64,000 bases of DNA from Longimicrobiales bacterium. GTDB lineage: Bacteria > Gemmatimonadota > Gemmatimonadetes > Longimicrobiales > Gaopeijiaceae. The position numbers were made by a program, and so were the translations under genes. Shown in pieces: positions 9,973 to 20,159 of the stretch; position 1 is the first letter of the stretch; each line of letters begins with the position of its first letter. The DNA lies in the NCBI GenBank assembly GCA_965204735.1, contig OZ242008.1:1568001-1632000 (forward strand), given 5' to 3'. The notes beneath the pieces are model-generated. The model was not told the origin of the DNA, did no database searches, and was given only the letters and a program-made list of their open reading frames with translations.

Positions 9973-11601
9973 CTATGGGCCCGAAGGGTTCGTGACCGGC
10001 CCCAGTCGCCGCGCGGCCTTGCCGAACGCCCGGGCGATCTCCTCCTCCCGCGGATGCCGGCCGTCCTCGATCACCTGGACGCCGCCCACGAAGACGTGCC
10101 GCACGGGGCTGTCGGTTCCCGAGAACACCCACGAGTCCAGCACGGCGCGCCCGTCGCGCCCCACCAGCGCCGGATGGTCCGCGTCGAGGACCACGAAGTC
10201 GGCCCTCCGTCCCACCGTCGCCTGCCCTCCGTCCCACGCCAGCGCTTGGGCGCCGTGGCGCCAAGCCCGATCCAGCAACGCGCCGCCCGGCCCGGCAAGA
10301 ACGTTCCGGCCCGACGCCGCCGAGTCCGGCGCCCCCTCGTGCGCCGCCGTGCTTCGGGTCCGCAGGACCAGCCGCTGGCCGTAGTCCAGCAGTCGGAGCT
10401 CCTCCACGGGGCTGCGGGAGACGTGACTGTCGGTCCCGATCCCGAACCGCCCTCCGCAGCCGACGAAGGACGCAAGCGGGAAGAGCCCGTCGCCCAGGTT
10501 GGCCTCGGTCGTGGGGCACAATCCGACCACGGCCCGGCTCGCGGCGATCCCCCGCACCTCGGAGTCGGCGACGCGGGTGGCGTGGACCAGACACCAGCGG
10601 TCGTCCACCGGCGCGTTGTCCAGCAGCCACTCGACGGGGCGAGCGCCCCTGGCCGCCAGGCACTCGCGCACCTCCCGCTCCTGCTCCGCGACGTGAATAT
10701 GCACGGGCGACCGACCGGCGCGCGGCGCTCCGAGCGATCTTCGGCGGGGCGAACGCCCGCCCTGCATCTGCGCCCCAGGCGACTCGCGGCCGGACGACGG
10801 GCCGCCACCCTCGCTCGCAGGTGCCACGGGCGACGGGGCAGTTCGCGATGGCGACTCTCGACTGGACGACGGGCCGCCGCCCTCGCTGCTCTCCAGGAAG
10901 TCGGCGATCCGCGCGAACGACTCGCTGGACACTGCGCGCAAGCTGTGGACCGCCCATCCCAGGCGTCGTCCGGCCCGGTCGTGGTCGGAGCGACTGCCCT
11001 CGCCGGCGCCGCCCAAGTCGGGACCGAGGGCCTCCCGCAGGCGCACGACCCCTTCCAACTCCATCTGGAAGCGCCGCTGTCCCTCCTTGAGCGGCTCCGC
11101 GGCGAACCCCCCCGTCTCGTACACGACGGGCATGTGGACAAGCCCGATCCCGGCCTGGGTCGCCGCCCGAAGTATGCGCCGGCTCGTCTCCGCCTCGTCG
11201 TCGTACGCGCCGCCGCCGGGCGGGCGGTGCAGGTAGTGGAACTCGCCCACGCAGGTGAAGCCGGCCTTCAGCATCTCGACGTACAGCTGGGCGGCGACCG
11301 CTTCGATGTCGTCGGGCGAGATCCTCTCCAGAAAGCGGTACATGACTTCGCGCCAGCGCCAGAACGAACTTGTCCGGCGACCAGTTCTCCCGCCGCCCTC
11401 CGCCAACCCGGCCATCGCCCGCTGGAAGGCGTGGCTGTGAACGTTCGGCACGCCGGGAACCGTCCACCCCGGGATCCGGGCGCTGCCGTCGCCCCCGTCG
11501 GCGGGCGCCCGCGAGCGGATCCGGCCCTCTTCGTCTACCCGGACCAGGACGTCGCGCCGCCACCGGCCGCCCTCCAGCAGCCGGTCGAAGCGGAGGATCA
11601 A
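9973..11601 (-). CDS. hutF: Formimidoylglutamate deiminase
   Basis: PNVHSHAFQRAMAGLAE, FWRWREVMYRF, EFHYLH, HSLRAV, HIHVAEQ, CPTTEANLGDG; carries a low-complexity insertion. Confidence 0.93.
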   Translation of the reverse strand: MILRFDRLLEGGRWRRDVLVRVDEEGRIRSRAPADGGDGSARIPGWTVPGVPNVHSHAFQRAMAGLAEGGGRTGRRTSSFWRWREVMYRFLERISPDDIEAVAAQLYVEMLKAGFTCVGEFHYLHRPPGGGAYDDEAETSRRILRAATQAGIGLVHMPVVYETGGFAAEPLKEGQRRFQMELEGVVRLREALGPDLGGAGEGSRSDHDRAGRRLGWAVHSLRAVSSESFARIADFLESSEGGGPSSSRESPSRTAPSPVAPASEGGGPSSGRESPGAQMQGGRSPRRRSLGAPRAGRSPVHIHVAEQEREVRECLAARGARPVEWLLDNAPVDDRWCLVHATRVADSEVRGIAASRAVVGLCPTTEANLGDGLFPLASFVGCGGRFGIGTDSHVSRSPVEELRLLDYGQRLVLRTRSTAAHEGAPDSAASGRNVLAGPGGALLDRAWRHGAQALAWDGGQATVGRRADFVVLDADHPALVGRDGRAVLDSWVFSGTDSPVRHVFVGGVQVIEDGRHPREEEIARAFGKAARRLGPVTNPSGP

Positions 11602-11670
11602 GGACGGCGAGCCCGTTCCCCTGCCGTAGGCCGTAGAGGGTCGACCTGGTACGACCAGTGGAGCGAGCCG

Positions 11671-13050
11671 TCAGCCGCCGCGGCGACGAGCCGGCTTTCG
11701 GGTTGGCTTGCCCTTGGGCGGCGGCGGACGACGAGCGGGCCGAACCTTGGGCGCAGGGCGCTTGGCCGGTGCCGGTCGGGCTTTGGGCGGCGACCTGCGA
11801 GGCGCGGGCCGAACCTTGGTCGATGGCCGCCCCGCAGGTGAGGGTCGGGCCCTTGCTGTGGGCCTGGTGCCCACCGCCGGAGTCGGGCGAGTCCGGGCCG
11901 TCGGACGAGTCCGGGCAGTCGGACGAGTCCGGGCAGTTGGCCGGTTCCGACTCGGCGCCTCCGGTCGCACTGCTGGCCGAGTTCGTGCGGTCGGCCGGGG
12001 ATGTGCGGCTGGCCGGGGACGCGCGGTCGGCCTGGTCCGCGCCTCCGGCCGAGTTCGCGCAGTCGGTCGGGTTCGCGCCTCCGGCCGAGTTCGTGCGGTC
12101 GGCCGAGTTCGCGCAGTCGGTCGGGTCCGCGCCTCCGGCCGAGTTCGCGCAGTCGGTCGGGTCCGCGCCTCCGGCCGAGTCCGCGCGGTCGGTCGGGTCC
12201 GCGCCTCCGGCCGAGTCCGCACCGTCGGCCTGGTCCGCGCCTCTGGCCTGGTCCGCGCCGTCGGCCGTGCTTGCGGCGTCTGGGCGCCGATGCGGCTCCG
12301 GGGCCGGGCTCGTCTGGTGGCCGTGTCCTCCGGCCTGGCCCGGCGGCCGGTCTCGGGCTGGAGCACATCCCTTCCGACGTCCCTGGGCACCGCTTTGGAA
12401 ACGGGCCGCTCGGGGCCGTTGTCCGTCACGTAGACCCTCGGATCGACCTTGTAGCGGGGACCGAACAGGGGCGATCGGCGCACCGCTCGGCCCGCCCCCG
12501 GGTGGACATCCCTGACCGCGTACCGACGGTAGCCGTACCCTGGACGGTAGTCGTAGTCGTACTCCCACCCGCTCCAGCGGCCGTAGTCCCACCAGCCGAC
12601 GGGTCCCCACAGATGCCGACGCGAGATCCGCCCGAAGCCGAAGCTGAAGGAGGGCCCCCACCAGATGCTCGGACCGCGGAACCAGAAACCCGACACCGGC
12701 GGCCGGACGTAATGCGACCATCGCCCGAAGCCGCCCCATGAGCATCCCATCCGGGGGCCGGTCCACGGATCGAACCATGGGTCGTGCCAGAAGGGGTCGT
12801 GCCAGAAGGGATCGTAGAGGTCGTCCCAGCAGCTCGAGTGGACGAACGCCGGATCGACCCGGTACCAGTGGCCGTGGGCGCCAGTGCTCCAGTACCCGAG
12901 GGAAAGCCCCCACACCGAATGTCCCAGGCCGCCGTTGGCCGCCAGCTCGATTCCCGACGTCGCGTGGTCGGCGACTTGGGCCGCCGCCGGCGTCGCCGCT
13001 GGAGCGAGCAGCGAGCACGTCGCCAGCATGATCCTTGCCCTGTGCCTCAT
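11671..13050 (-). CDS. Hypothetical exported protein with W/Y/G-rich core and Arg-rich RPTART/RPEART repeat tail
   Basis: ATG at 13050 preceded by GGAGG; signal peptide MRHRARIMLATCSLLAPAATPAAA; hexapeptide repeats in the C-terminal half. Confidence 0.65.
   Translation of the reverse strand: MRHRARIMLATCSLLAPAATPAAAQVADHATSGIELAANGGLGHSVWGLSLGYWSTGAHGHWYRVDPAFVHSSCWDDLYDPFWHDPFWHDPWFDPWTGPRMGCSWGGFGRWSHYVRPPVSGFWFRGPSIWWGPSFSFGFGRISRRHLWGPVGWWDYGRWSGWEYDYDYRPGYGYRRYAVRDVHPGAGRAVRRSPLFGPRYKVDPRVYVTDNGPERPVSKAVPRDVGRDVLQPETGRRARPEDTATRRARPRSRIGAQTPQARPTARTRPEARTRPTVRTRPEARTRPTARTRPEARTRPTARTRPEARTRPTARTRPTARTRPEARTRPTARTRPEARTRPTARPRPAAHPRPTARTRPAVRPEAPSRNRPTARTRPTARTRPTARTRPTPAVGTRPTARARPSPAGRPSTKVRPAPRRSPPKARPAPAKRPAPKVRPARRPPPPKGKPTRKPARRRGG
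11880..12270. repeat. 18-bp coding tandem repeats (RPTART/RPEART)
   Basis: Recurrent units such as GCGCCTCCGGCCGAGTTC and GCGCAGTCGGTCGGGTCC. Confidence 0.85.
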
Positions 13051-13511
13051 GCGATCACCCTCCGTTCCCCTGTGTGAACGAGTCCGACGTCGCACGAAAT
13101 GACTGCAATAAACGTGCCAACAGCAACGCGCCGAGTCAAGGCAAGCCCCTCGGTCGTCGGAGCCGGTTCCACCGTCGCCGGGCTTGGCTCCCCTGTCCAT
13201 TTTCTGCGACAGCATCTGACCTGTTTCTTGGACACCCGGCGGACAACCGACGACGAGGCCAAGGCCCTTCGCGCCGACGCCCTTCGCCTCCCTCTCCTTC
13301 CCTCCGCCCTTGCCAACGGCGCGCAGAACGTCAACCTTGTTGCATGCTGTTCGCGCCAGCCGGTGTGGAAACCCGGCGGCGCCTGCATGGACGCCTCGGT
13401 TCAAGTCTACCGCTGTTCGTTGCGACTGTTGCGACCCACGGCCAGACGCCGGCCCGACGGCGGAACTCGCTTCATTTTCGTCAGCACTCAGCCGGAAAAG
13501 CGCAGAAGATC

Positions 13512-15272
13512 GTGAGCGATCAGCCTCTCCCGACATCCCAAGACCTCGATACGCAAGCCCGGACGGAAGCGGCGCCGCTCGACCGGGCTCCGACTGTCGA
13601 CCGGCCCGAGACGGACCAAGCTCCGGCCGCCGACCAAGCTCCAGTGCCGGAACGCACTCCGGCGGCCAGCCAGGCTCCAACGGCCGATCCGGCGGCCAGC
13701 CAGGCTCCAGCGGCTCCGGTGCCCGACCAAGCTTCAGTCGCGGAACGCATTCCGGCGGCCGACCGGGCTCAAGCGGTCGATCTGGCGGCCAGCCAAGCGC
13801 CGATGGCCAGCCAGGCTCCAACGGCCGATCCGGCGCCCGACCAGGCTCCCACGGCCAGCCAGGCTCCCACGACCGACCCGGCTCCCACGCCCGACCAGGC
13901 TCCCACGGCCGACCAAGCTCCGGCCACCACCCAAGCCCCAACAGCCGACCCGGCGTCCGCGGGCCAAGCCGCCTCCGCAGGCCCGCCGCCCATGGGCGGT
14001 CCGAACGAGCCGAGCGGTCGTCCCGCCAGCCGTCGCAGGCGGAGGGCCCGGGGCAGGGGCCGTCGGCGCAGGGGCCGCAGAAGCCCGGACGGGCCTGGGT
14101 CGAAGGTCTCGCCCGCCGAGCCCGAGGAGCGGCAGCCGGGGCAGTACCTGGGGGTCCTGGAGGTCCTGGGACGAGGGTCGGGCTTCATCCGCCGTCCCGA
14201 CGACGGGTACGTGCCCGGCAACGACGACGTCTACGTCGGCTCGCGCCTAATCCACCGCTTCGGCCTGCGGACCGGCGACGAGCTCTCGGGGACCGCGGGC
14301 CGCCGGCCGCGCAACGGGAAGAACCCCCCGCTCCAGTTCCTGGACGAGGTGAACGGCGGCCCCCCCGAGGAGGCTGCCAAGCGCCTCGACTTCAACCGCT
14401 TGAGCGCCATGCACCCCAAGGAGCAGCTCAAGCTGGAGTGCGGCCGAAGCTTCGCCGGCGAACCCGACATGACGAACCGGGTGATCGACTTGTTCTGCCC
14501 GCTGGGGAAGGGTCAGCGCGCACTGATCGTGGCCCCGGCCAAGGCGGGGAAGACCACGGTCCTCCAAGCCGTCGCCGAAGGGATCGTCAGCAACCACCCG
14601 GAGTGCGAGCTGATGATCCTCCTGGTGGACGAGCGCCCCGAGGAGGTCACGGAGATGGAGGCGTGCGGCTTCGGAGAGGTGATCGCGTCCACCTTCGACC
14701 TGACCCCGGAGCGTCACTGCAACGTGGCCGAGATGACGCTGGAGCGCGCGCGGCGACGGGTGGAGGCGGGCAAGGACGTGGTGATCATCCTCGACTCGAT
14801 CACCCGCCTGGCCCGTGCCCACAACACCGTGGAGGAGGGGAGCGGCCGGACCCTCTCCGGCGGGCTCGACGCCAACTCCCTCGAGAAGCCCAAGCGCTTT
14901 CTGGGGAGCGCCCGGCTGATCAAGGAGGAGCAGGGGGGCGGCTCCCTCACGATCATCGCCACGGCCCTGGTGGACACGGGCTCCCGGATGGACCAAGTGA
15001 TCTTCGAGGAGTTCAAGGGGACCGGAAACAGCGAGCTGGTCCTGAGCCGCGAGCTGGCGGACCGGCGGATCTTTCCCGCAATCGACATCAAGTCGTCCGC
15101 CACTCGGAAGGAGGAGCTGCTGCTCTCCCACCCGGCCCTCGTCGTTTCCCGAGCAATGCGGCGCCAGCTCTCCAGCTCCTTTCCCGCCGAGGCGATGGAC
15201 GAGCTGCTGCGGGTCATGCGCCAGACCGGCTCCAACGACGAGCTGATCGAAGTGGCGAGGGAGCGGCTGTAG
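13512..15272 (+). CDS. rho: Transcription termination factor Rho with long low-complexity N-terminal extension
   Basis: GVLEV..GSGFIR, DDVYV, FGLRTGD, PLGKGQRALIVAPAKAGKT, LLVDERPEEVT, LDSITRLARA, EEFKGTGNSEL; start inferred at GTG 13512. Confidence 0.93.
   Translation: MSDQPLPTSQDLDTQARTEAAPLDRAPTVDRPETDQAPAADQAPVPERTPAASQAPTADPAASQAPAAPVPDQASVAERIPAADRAQAVDLAASQAPMASQAPTADPAPDQAPTASQAPTTDPAPTPDQAPTADQAPATTQAPTADPASAGQAASAGPPPMGGPNEPSGRPASRRRRRARGRGRRRRGRRSPDGPGSKVSPAEPEERQPGQYLGVLEVLGRGSGFIRRPDDGYVPGNDDVYVGSRLIHRFGLRTGDELSGTAGRRPRNGKNPPLQFLDEVNGGPPEEAAKRLDFNRLSAMHPKEQLKLECGRSFAGEPDMTNRVIDLFCPLGKGQRALIVAPAKAGKTTVLQAVAEGIVSNHPECELMILLVDERPEEVTEMEACGFGEVIASTFDLTPERHCNVAEMTLERARRRVEAGKDVVIILDSITRLARAHNTVEEGSGRTLSGGLDANSLEKPKRFLGSARLIKEEQGGGSLTIIATALVDTGSRMDQVIFEEFKGTGNSELVLSRELADRRIFPAIDIKSSATRKEELLLSHPALVVSRAMRRQLSSSFPAEAMDELLRVMRQTGSNDELIEVARERL
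13590..13960. repeat. Imperfect coding repeats (QAPTAD/ASQAP) in the Rho N-terminus
   Basis: Repeated CCAGGCTCC(C/A)ACGGCC-type units. Confidence 0.75.
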
Positions 15273-15297
15273 GCCAAAAGCCGTCCGCGGACGCCGG

Positions 15298-15897
15298 CTA
15301 TCGCGACTCGGCCGCGCCCTTCAGCCGCCGCAGGCTCTCTTCCAGCTGCCTCCCCTGGGAGTTCTCCATACCCAGGGCCGTCCATCCCATCAACGGGTTC
15401 CGTCCCAGGTCGGCCCGCTCGGTCCACTCCACGGTCGAACCGCCGGGCCGCGCGGCGACGGTCAGCGTTCCCTCGAAGCGGATCGCGCCGTCCTCCACCT
15501 CGACCAAGTAGCCGACGCTCCGGGGCGGGTCGGCGGCCACGATGGCGAGGAAGCCCGAGCCCATCCGGGGATCGTCCCAAGTACGACGCGCCCCAGGACC
15601 GGACGACGGTCCCTCGACGCGGGACTCGACTTCTCCCCAGGGCGTCCACTCGGCCCAGGCTTCCAGGTCGTTCAGCAGAGGGAAGACGGCTTCCGGCGCC
15701 GCGTCGATCTCGACGGAGCGAGCGACCTCCACCGTTCCGGGCAGAAGGAAGCCCGTAGCCAGGAACGCGGTCAGCAGCAGCGCCAGCGCGCCAAGGACCC
15801 GGGCCGCCCACCGAGCCGGAGAGGCCGCGCCGCCTCGGTGCCTCGGACCGCCCGACCCTGCGCCGAAGGAGGGCGCCCCCGCTCCGCCGGTCAGCAC
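15298..15897 (-). CDS. SRPBCC (polyketide cyclase/dehydrase-like) family protein with N-terminal membrane anchor
   Basis: VARSVEIDAAPEAVFPLLNDLEAWAEWTPW...GPGARRTW...LEESLRRLK; GTG start overlaps the end of the arylesterase gene. Confidence 0.85.
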   Translation of the reverse strand: MLTGGAGAPSFGAGSGGPRHRGGAASPARWAARVLGALALLLTAFLATGFLLPGTVEVARSVEIDAAPEAVFPLLNDLEAWAEWTPWGEVESRVEGPSSGPGARRTWDDPRMGSGFLAIVAADPPRSVGYLVEVEDGAIRFEGTLTVAARPGGSTVEWTERADLGRNPLMGWTALGMENSQGRQLEESLRRLKGAAESR

Positions 15898-16697
15898 GCC
15901 CCGTCCGCCTCGCAGCGCGCCGCCAGCCACTCGGCCAAGCCGGACCACACCACGGCCGCCACGGCCTCGTGGCCCTCGGCGTTGGGGTGGATGCCGTCGG
16001 ACTGGTTGAGTTCGGGGACCGCCGCGACGCCCTCCAGCAGGAACGGCACGAAGTGCGCGCCCGACTCGGCGACGACCTGCCGGTAGGCGTCCCGAAAGGC
16101 GTCGGTGTAGAGGGGACCCAGGTTCGGCGGCGCCTCCATTCCCGCAACCACGATCCCGGCTTCCGGCCGGTGCCGGCGCGTCTCCCGGACGATCCACTCG
16201 AGGTTCTCGCGGAGCGCGTCGGGACTGCGGCCCCGGAGCCCGTCGTTGGCGCCCATCTCCACGAAGAGGGCCGCCAGCGCGTCGCCGTGGAGCTCCAGCA
16301 GCCCCGGCAGGCGGGTCCGCCCTCCGGCGGAGGTGTCGCCGCTGACGCCGGCGTTGACGACTTGGTACCGCCATCCGGCCTCGGCCATGCGGACGCCGAG
16401 GCGGGCGGGGTAGGCCAGCTCCGGGTCGTCCAGGCCGTAGCCGGCGGTGAGGCTGGTGCCCAGGAACACGATCCGAGGACCGGCGGTCGCCGCCTCCCGG
16501 ACTGTACCGGACGCCGCGCCTTCGACAGCTTCAGATGTTTCGGCGACGTCGGTCCGGCCCGGAGGGTTGGGGTCGGCGCACCCTCCGCTTCCGCCCCCCA
16601 GCGCGAGCCCAGCCGCGAAGACGAGGACGCTTCTGGCCCACCCAACGAAGCACGCCGCCGCCGGCTCGGCGCTCGCCGAGACCCCGGCGCGCCCCAT
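15891..16697 (-). CDS. tesA: Arylesterase / GDSL lipase (TesA-like)
   Basis: FLGTSLTAGYG, NAGVSGDTSAGG, GANDGLRG, DGIHPN; start uncertain. Confidence 0.85.
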   Translation of the reverse strand: MGRAGVSASAEPAAACFVGWARSVLVFAAGLALGGGSGGCADPNPPGRTDVAETSEAVEGAASGTVREAATAGPRIVFLGTSLTAGYGLDDPELAYPARLGVRMAEAGWRYQVVNAGVSGDTSAGGRTRLPGLLELHGDALAALFVEMGANDGLRGRSPDALRENLEWIVRETRRHRPEAGIVVAGMEAPPNLGPLYTDAFRDAYRQVVAESGAHFVPFLLEGVAAVPELNQSDGIHPNAEGHEAVAAVVWSGLAEWLAARCEADGAC

Positions 16698-17370
16698 GAT
16701 CGAGGCCCAGGGGCTTTCCAGAACCTTCATGAGCGGCGGCAGGCCCCTGAAGGTGCTGCACGAAGTGGACCTGGCGATCGAGGCTCGGGCCTTCGTGGCG
16801 GTCGTGGGTCCGTCGGGAAGCGGTAAGACGACACTGCTGGGTCTCCTTGCGGGACTGGACCGTCCCACGACGGGCAAGGTCCTGCTGGACGGCCGCGACG
16901 TCCACGCTCTCACGGAAGATCAACGGGCTCGCTTCCGGGTCAACCGGATCGGCTTCGTCTTCCAGACGTTCCACCTCCTGCCGACGCTGACCGCGCTGGA
17001 GAACGTGCTGGTCCCCCTCGAGCTGGCCGGACGCGACCGCCTGCCCGACGGCTCCGGGGCCAGGGAGCGCGCCGCCGCTCTGCTGGAGCGGGTGGGACTG
17101 GCCGACCGCGCGACCCACTACCCGGTCCAGCTCTCGGGCGGCGAGCGGCAGCGGGTCGCCCTGGCCCGAGCCTTCGCCAACCAGCCGCGCATCCTCTTCG
17201 CCGACGAGCCCACCGGCAACCTGGACGCGCAGACCGGCGCCCGCGTCGCCGCCCTGATGCAGGAGCTGAACCGCGACGCCGGCACGACCCTCGTGCTGGT
17301 CACCCACGACCTGGAGCTGGCCGCCCGCGCCGGACGCGTGATCCGGCTGGCCGGCGGCCGGATCGAGTAG
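16696..17370 (+). CDS. ABC transporter ATP-binding protein (YbbA/LolD-like)
   Basis: GPSGSGKTT, LSGGERQRVALARA, FADEPTGNLD, VTHD. Confidence 0.93.
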   Translation: MIEAQGLSRTFMSGGRPLKVLHEVDLAIEARAFVAVVGPSGSGKTTLLGLLAGLDRPTTGKVLLDGRDVHALTEDQRARFRVNRIGFVFQTFHLLPTLTALENVLVPLELAGRDRLPDGSGARERAAALLERVGLADRATHYPVQLSGGERQRVALARAFANQPRILFADEPTGNLDAQTGARVAALMQELNRDAGTTLVLVTHDLELAARAGRVIRLAGGRIE

Positions 17371-17377
17371 CCGGGAG

Positions 17378-20053
17378 ATGGCGCCCTTCCCGCTGCGGAT
17401 GGCCTCTCGGGAGTGGAGGCACGCGCTGCGCAGGCTGGGCGTGTACATGGCGTCGATCACCGTGGGGGTCGCGGCGCTGGTCGCCCTTCACTCCTTCCGG
17501 GACGACGTGGTGCGGTCGATCCACGCCGAGAACCGCTCTCTGCTGGGGGCCGACGCCCGGCTGAGCGGCAACCGACCGGCGCCGGACTCGGTGCAGGTCG
17601 TGGTGGACTCGCTGGTCGCGCTGGGGGCCGACGCCGCCAGGGTCACCAGCTTGATCTCGATGGCGCTGGCCGAGGAGAGCGGACGGACGCGGCTCGTTCA
17701 GGCCCGGGGCGTGGAGCCGGGCTTCCCCTTCTACGGCGAAGTGGCCACCGACCCGCCGGGGCTCTGGGGCGAGCTGGCCGCTCCCGCCGACGCGCCCGCC
17801 GCCTCCGACGAAGCCGCCCTGTCCGAGTCCGCCCTTCCCGAGGCCACGCCTAGCGGCGACCGCCCCCTCGCGCTGGTGGACCCGTCGCTCCTGGCGCAGC
17901 TGGACATGGAGGTGGGGCAGGGGATTCGCCTGGGCGCCGTGGAGTTCGAGGTGGCCGGCACGGTGGACGGGCTCCCCACCGACATCGGCTTCCAGACGGC
18001 CGTCGGCCCCCGGGTCTTCGTGGCCTTCCATCTCCTCGAAGCGACGGGGCTCCTGGCCCGGGGCAGCCTGGCGCGCCACCACGTCTACCTGCGGCTCCCG
18101 GCGGGAGTGGACCCCGACGAAGTCGAGGAAGCCCGCGAGGACGTGTTGCGGGCCACCGGCATCTGGATGCGGACTCCGGAGGAGCAGGCCCGCTCCCTGA
18201 CGCGCTCCGCGGACTTCCTGGCCGACTTCCTGTCGCTCGTGGGCTTGGCGGCGCTCTTGCTGGGCGGCGTGGGCGTGGGCAGCGCCGTGGCCGTGTACGT
18301 CCGAGGAAAGCTGGACGCGGTGGCGCTGCTTCGCTGCCTGGGGGCGACCCGGCGACAGGTCTTCGCCACGTACCTGCTCCAAGCCGCCGCGATGGGGTTC
18401 CTGGGATCGGCGGTGGGCGTTGCGGGCGGAGTGGCCGCCCAGAGGTGGCTGCCGATGCTGATCCGGGACGTTCTTCCGGTGCCCGTCGCGGCGTCCGTCT
18501 CCTTCGGGTCGGTGGCCTTCGGCCTGCTTCTGGGCACCTGGGTGGCCGTCGTGTTCGCGCTGATCCCCCTCCTCACGGTGCGCAGGGTCTCTCCCCTTCA
18601 AGCCCTCCGTCACGTCGCCGAGGCGCCGCCCCGGGCGGACCCGGCCCGATGGGGCGCCGTCGCCGCCGTCGCCGTCACGGTCCTGGCGCTCACCCTCTTC
18701 GAGGCGCCCTCGCCGGTCGCGGGCTTGGCGTTCGCGACGGCGCTCGCCGCTGTGGCCGGCGTCCTGTGGAGCGTGGCCTGGGGGCTCGCCTGGGCCACCC
18801 GGCGGTTCTTTCCGCGCCGCGCCGCCTACACCGTTCGGCAAGGAGTCGCCAACCTCTTCCGCCCTGGCAACCAGACGGTAGCCGTCACGCTGGCTCTCGG
18901 CTTCGGCGTGCTTGTGGTGGGGGTGATCGTGCAGCTGCAGCGCAACTTGGTTCGCGAACTGTCCTTCGACCAAGGCCCCGACGGCTTCAACATGCTGGTC
19001 TTCGACGTGCAGCCGGACCAGGAGGACGGAGTGCGGGCGCTCCTGGAGGCCAGGGCCGGGGGCGACGCGACGCCGGTGCCCGTCGTGACCGCCCGGATCG
19101 CCGCCGTGAAGGGCCGAGCCGTCGAGGACATCCTGGCCGACAGCGCACGCGAGAACCGGCCGCCCCGCTGGGTCCTGCGGCAAGAGCACCGAGCCACCTA
19201 CCGCGGGGAGCTGAGGGCCAACGAGACGATCCTGGCGGGCGAGTGGTGGCACGGAGCCTTCGGCGACTCCGCGGGCGCGCCCGCCCGGGCTGGACGCCTT
19301 CCCGGAGCCGCTTCGGACGCCGCCGCGGGCGCGCCCGCCCGGGTCTCGGTCGAGGAAGAGCTGGCCGAGGACCTGCGGGTGGGCGTGGGCGACGAGATCA
19401 CGTGGATGGTGGGCGGCGTGGAGTACCCGTCGGTCGTAGCCAACGTGAGGGACGTGGACTGGGCTGGGTTCGACGCCAACTTCCTGGCGGTCTTCGAGCC
19501 GGGAGCGATGGAGGACGCGCCCCGAACCACCGTCTTCCCCGCCAACATGCCGCATGAAGAGGCGAGGCTGGCGTTTCAGGAAGAGCTGGTCCGGCGCTAC
19601 CCCAACGTGTCCGCGCTGGACCTCTTCACCGTGCGCGCGACGGTGGAGGCGATTCTCTCCCGGGTCGTGGCCGCGATCCGCATCCTGGCCGGGCTGTGCA
19701 CGGTGGCGGGGCTCGTGGTGATGGCCGGGTCGATGGCCTCGACCCGCGCGCAGCGCCGTCTGGAAGGCGCCCTCCTCCGCACGCTGGGCGCTCGCTTCCG
19801 CCAAGTGCGCCGCATCCTGCTGAGCGAGTACGCGGCGCTGGGCGCCCTGGCGGCCCTGGCCGGAGGCGTCCTGTCGCTGGCCGCCAGCTGGCTCCTGGCG
19901 GCGGGGCTCTTCGGAATCCCCTACCGGCCTGCGACGGGCGCGGCGGCGGCGCTCTGGCTGGCGGTGGTGGGGCTCGTGGTCCTGGCGGGCGCCGTCGGCG
20001 GACGGGGTCCGGCCCGAAGCGGTCCGCTGGCGGTGCTGCGAGAGGCCGAATAG
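17378..20053 (+). CDS. ABC transporter permease (YbbP/FtsX-like)
   Basis: 891 aa, two FtsX-like membrane blocks (LLRCLGATRRQV; LLRTLGARFRQV); follows the ATPase, divergent from tesA. Confidence 0.9.
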   Translation: MAPFPLRMASREWRHALRRLGVYMASITVGVAALVALHSFRDDVVRSIHAENRSLLGADARLSGNRPAPDSVQVVVDSLVALGADAARVTSLISMALAEESGRTRLVQARGVEPGFPFYGEVATDPPGLWGELAAPADAPAASDEAALSESALPEATPSGDRPLALVDPSLLAQLDMEVGQGIRLGAVEFEVAGTVDGLPTDIGFQTAVGPRVFVAFHLLEATGLLARGSLARHHVYLRLPAGVDPDEVEEAREDVLRATGIWMRTPEEQARSLTRSADFLADFLSLVGLAALLLGGVGVGSAVAVYVRGKLDAVALLRCLGATRRQVFATYLLQAAAMGFLGSAVGVAGGVAAQRWLPMLIRDVLPVPVAASVSFGSVAFGLLLGTWVAVVFALIPLLTVRRVSPLQALRHVAEAPPRADPARWGAVAAVAVTVLALTLFEAPSPVAGLAFATALAAVAGVLWSVAWGLAWATRRFFPRRAAYTVRQGVANLFRPGNQTVAVTLALGFGVLVVGVIVQLQRNLVRELSFDQGPDGFNMLVFDVQPDQEDGVRALLEARAGGDATPVPVVTARIAAVKGRAVEDILADSARENRPPRWVLRQEHRATYRGELRANETILAGEWWHGAFGDSAGAPARAGRLPGAASDAAAGAPARVSVEEELAEDLRVGVGDEITWMVGGVEYPSVVANVRDVDWAGFDANFLAVFEPGAMEDAPRTTVFPANMPHEEARLAFQEELVRRYPNVSALDLFTVRATVEAILSRVVAAIRILAGLCTVAGLVVMAGSMASTRAQRRLEGALLRTLGARFRQVRRILLSEYAALGALAALAGGVLSLAASWLLAAGLFGIPYRPATGAAAALWLAVVGLVVLAGAVGGRGPARSGPLAVLREAE

Positions 20054-20087
20054 CCGTCCGCCCGTCCCTCCGACGCCGCCATTAAAT

Positions 20088-20128
20088 GCAACGGCGGGAC
20101 GCCCCCGAAGGAACGCCCCGCCAGTTGC
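20088..20128 (-). terminator. Stem-loop, probable terminator between convergent genes
   Basis: Minus strand GCAACTGGCGGGGCGTTCC-TTCG-GGGGCGTCCCGCCGTTGC followed by ATTT; cUUCGg tetraloop. Confidence 0.6.
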
Positions 20129-20159
20129 CGCGGCGCCGAAGGCCGCTCTTCCCGGCTTC

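Noticed and set aside
16695..16698. Overlapping divergent start codons of the arylesterase and ABC ATPase
   Set aside because: A head-to-head tesA/ybbA arrangement is already known, and the esterase start is uncertain.
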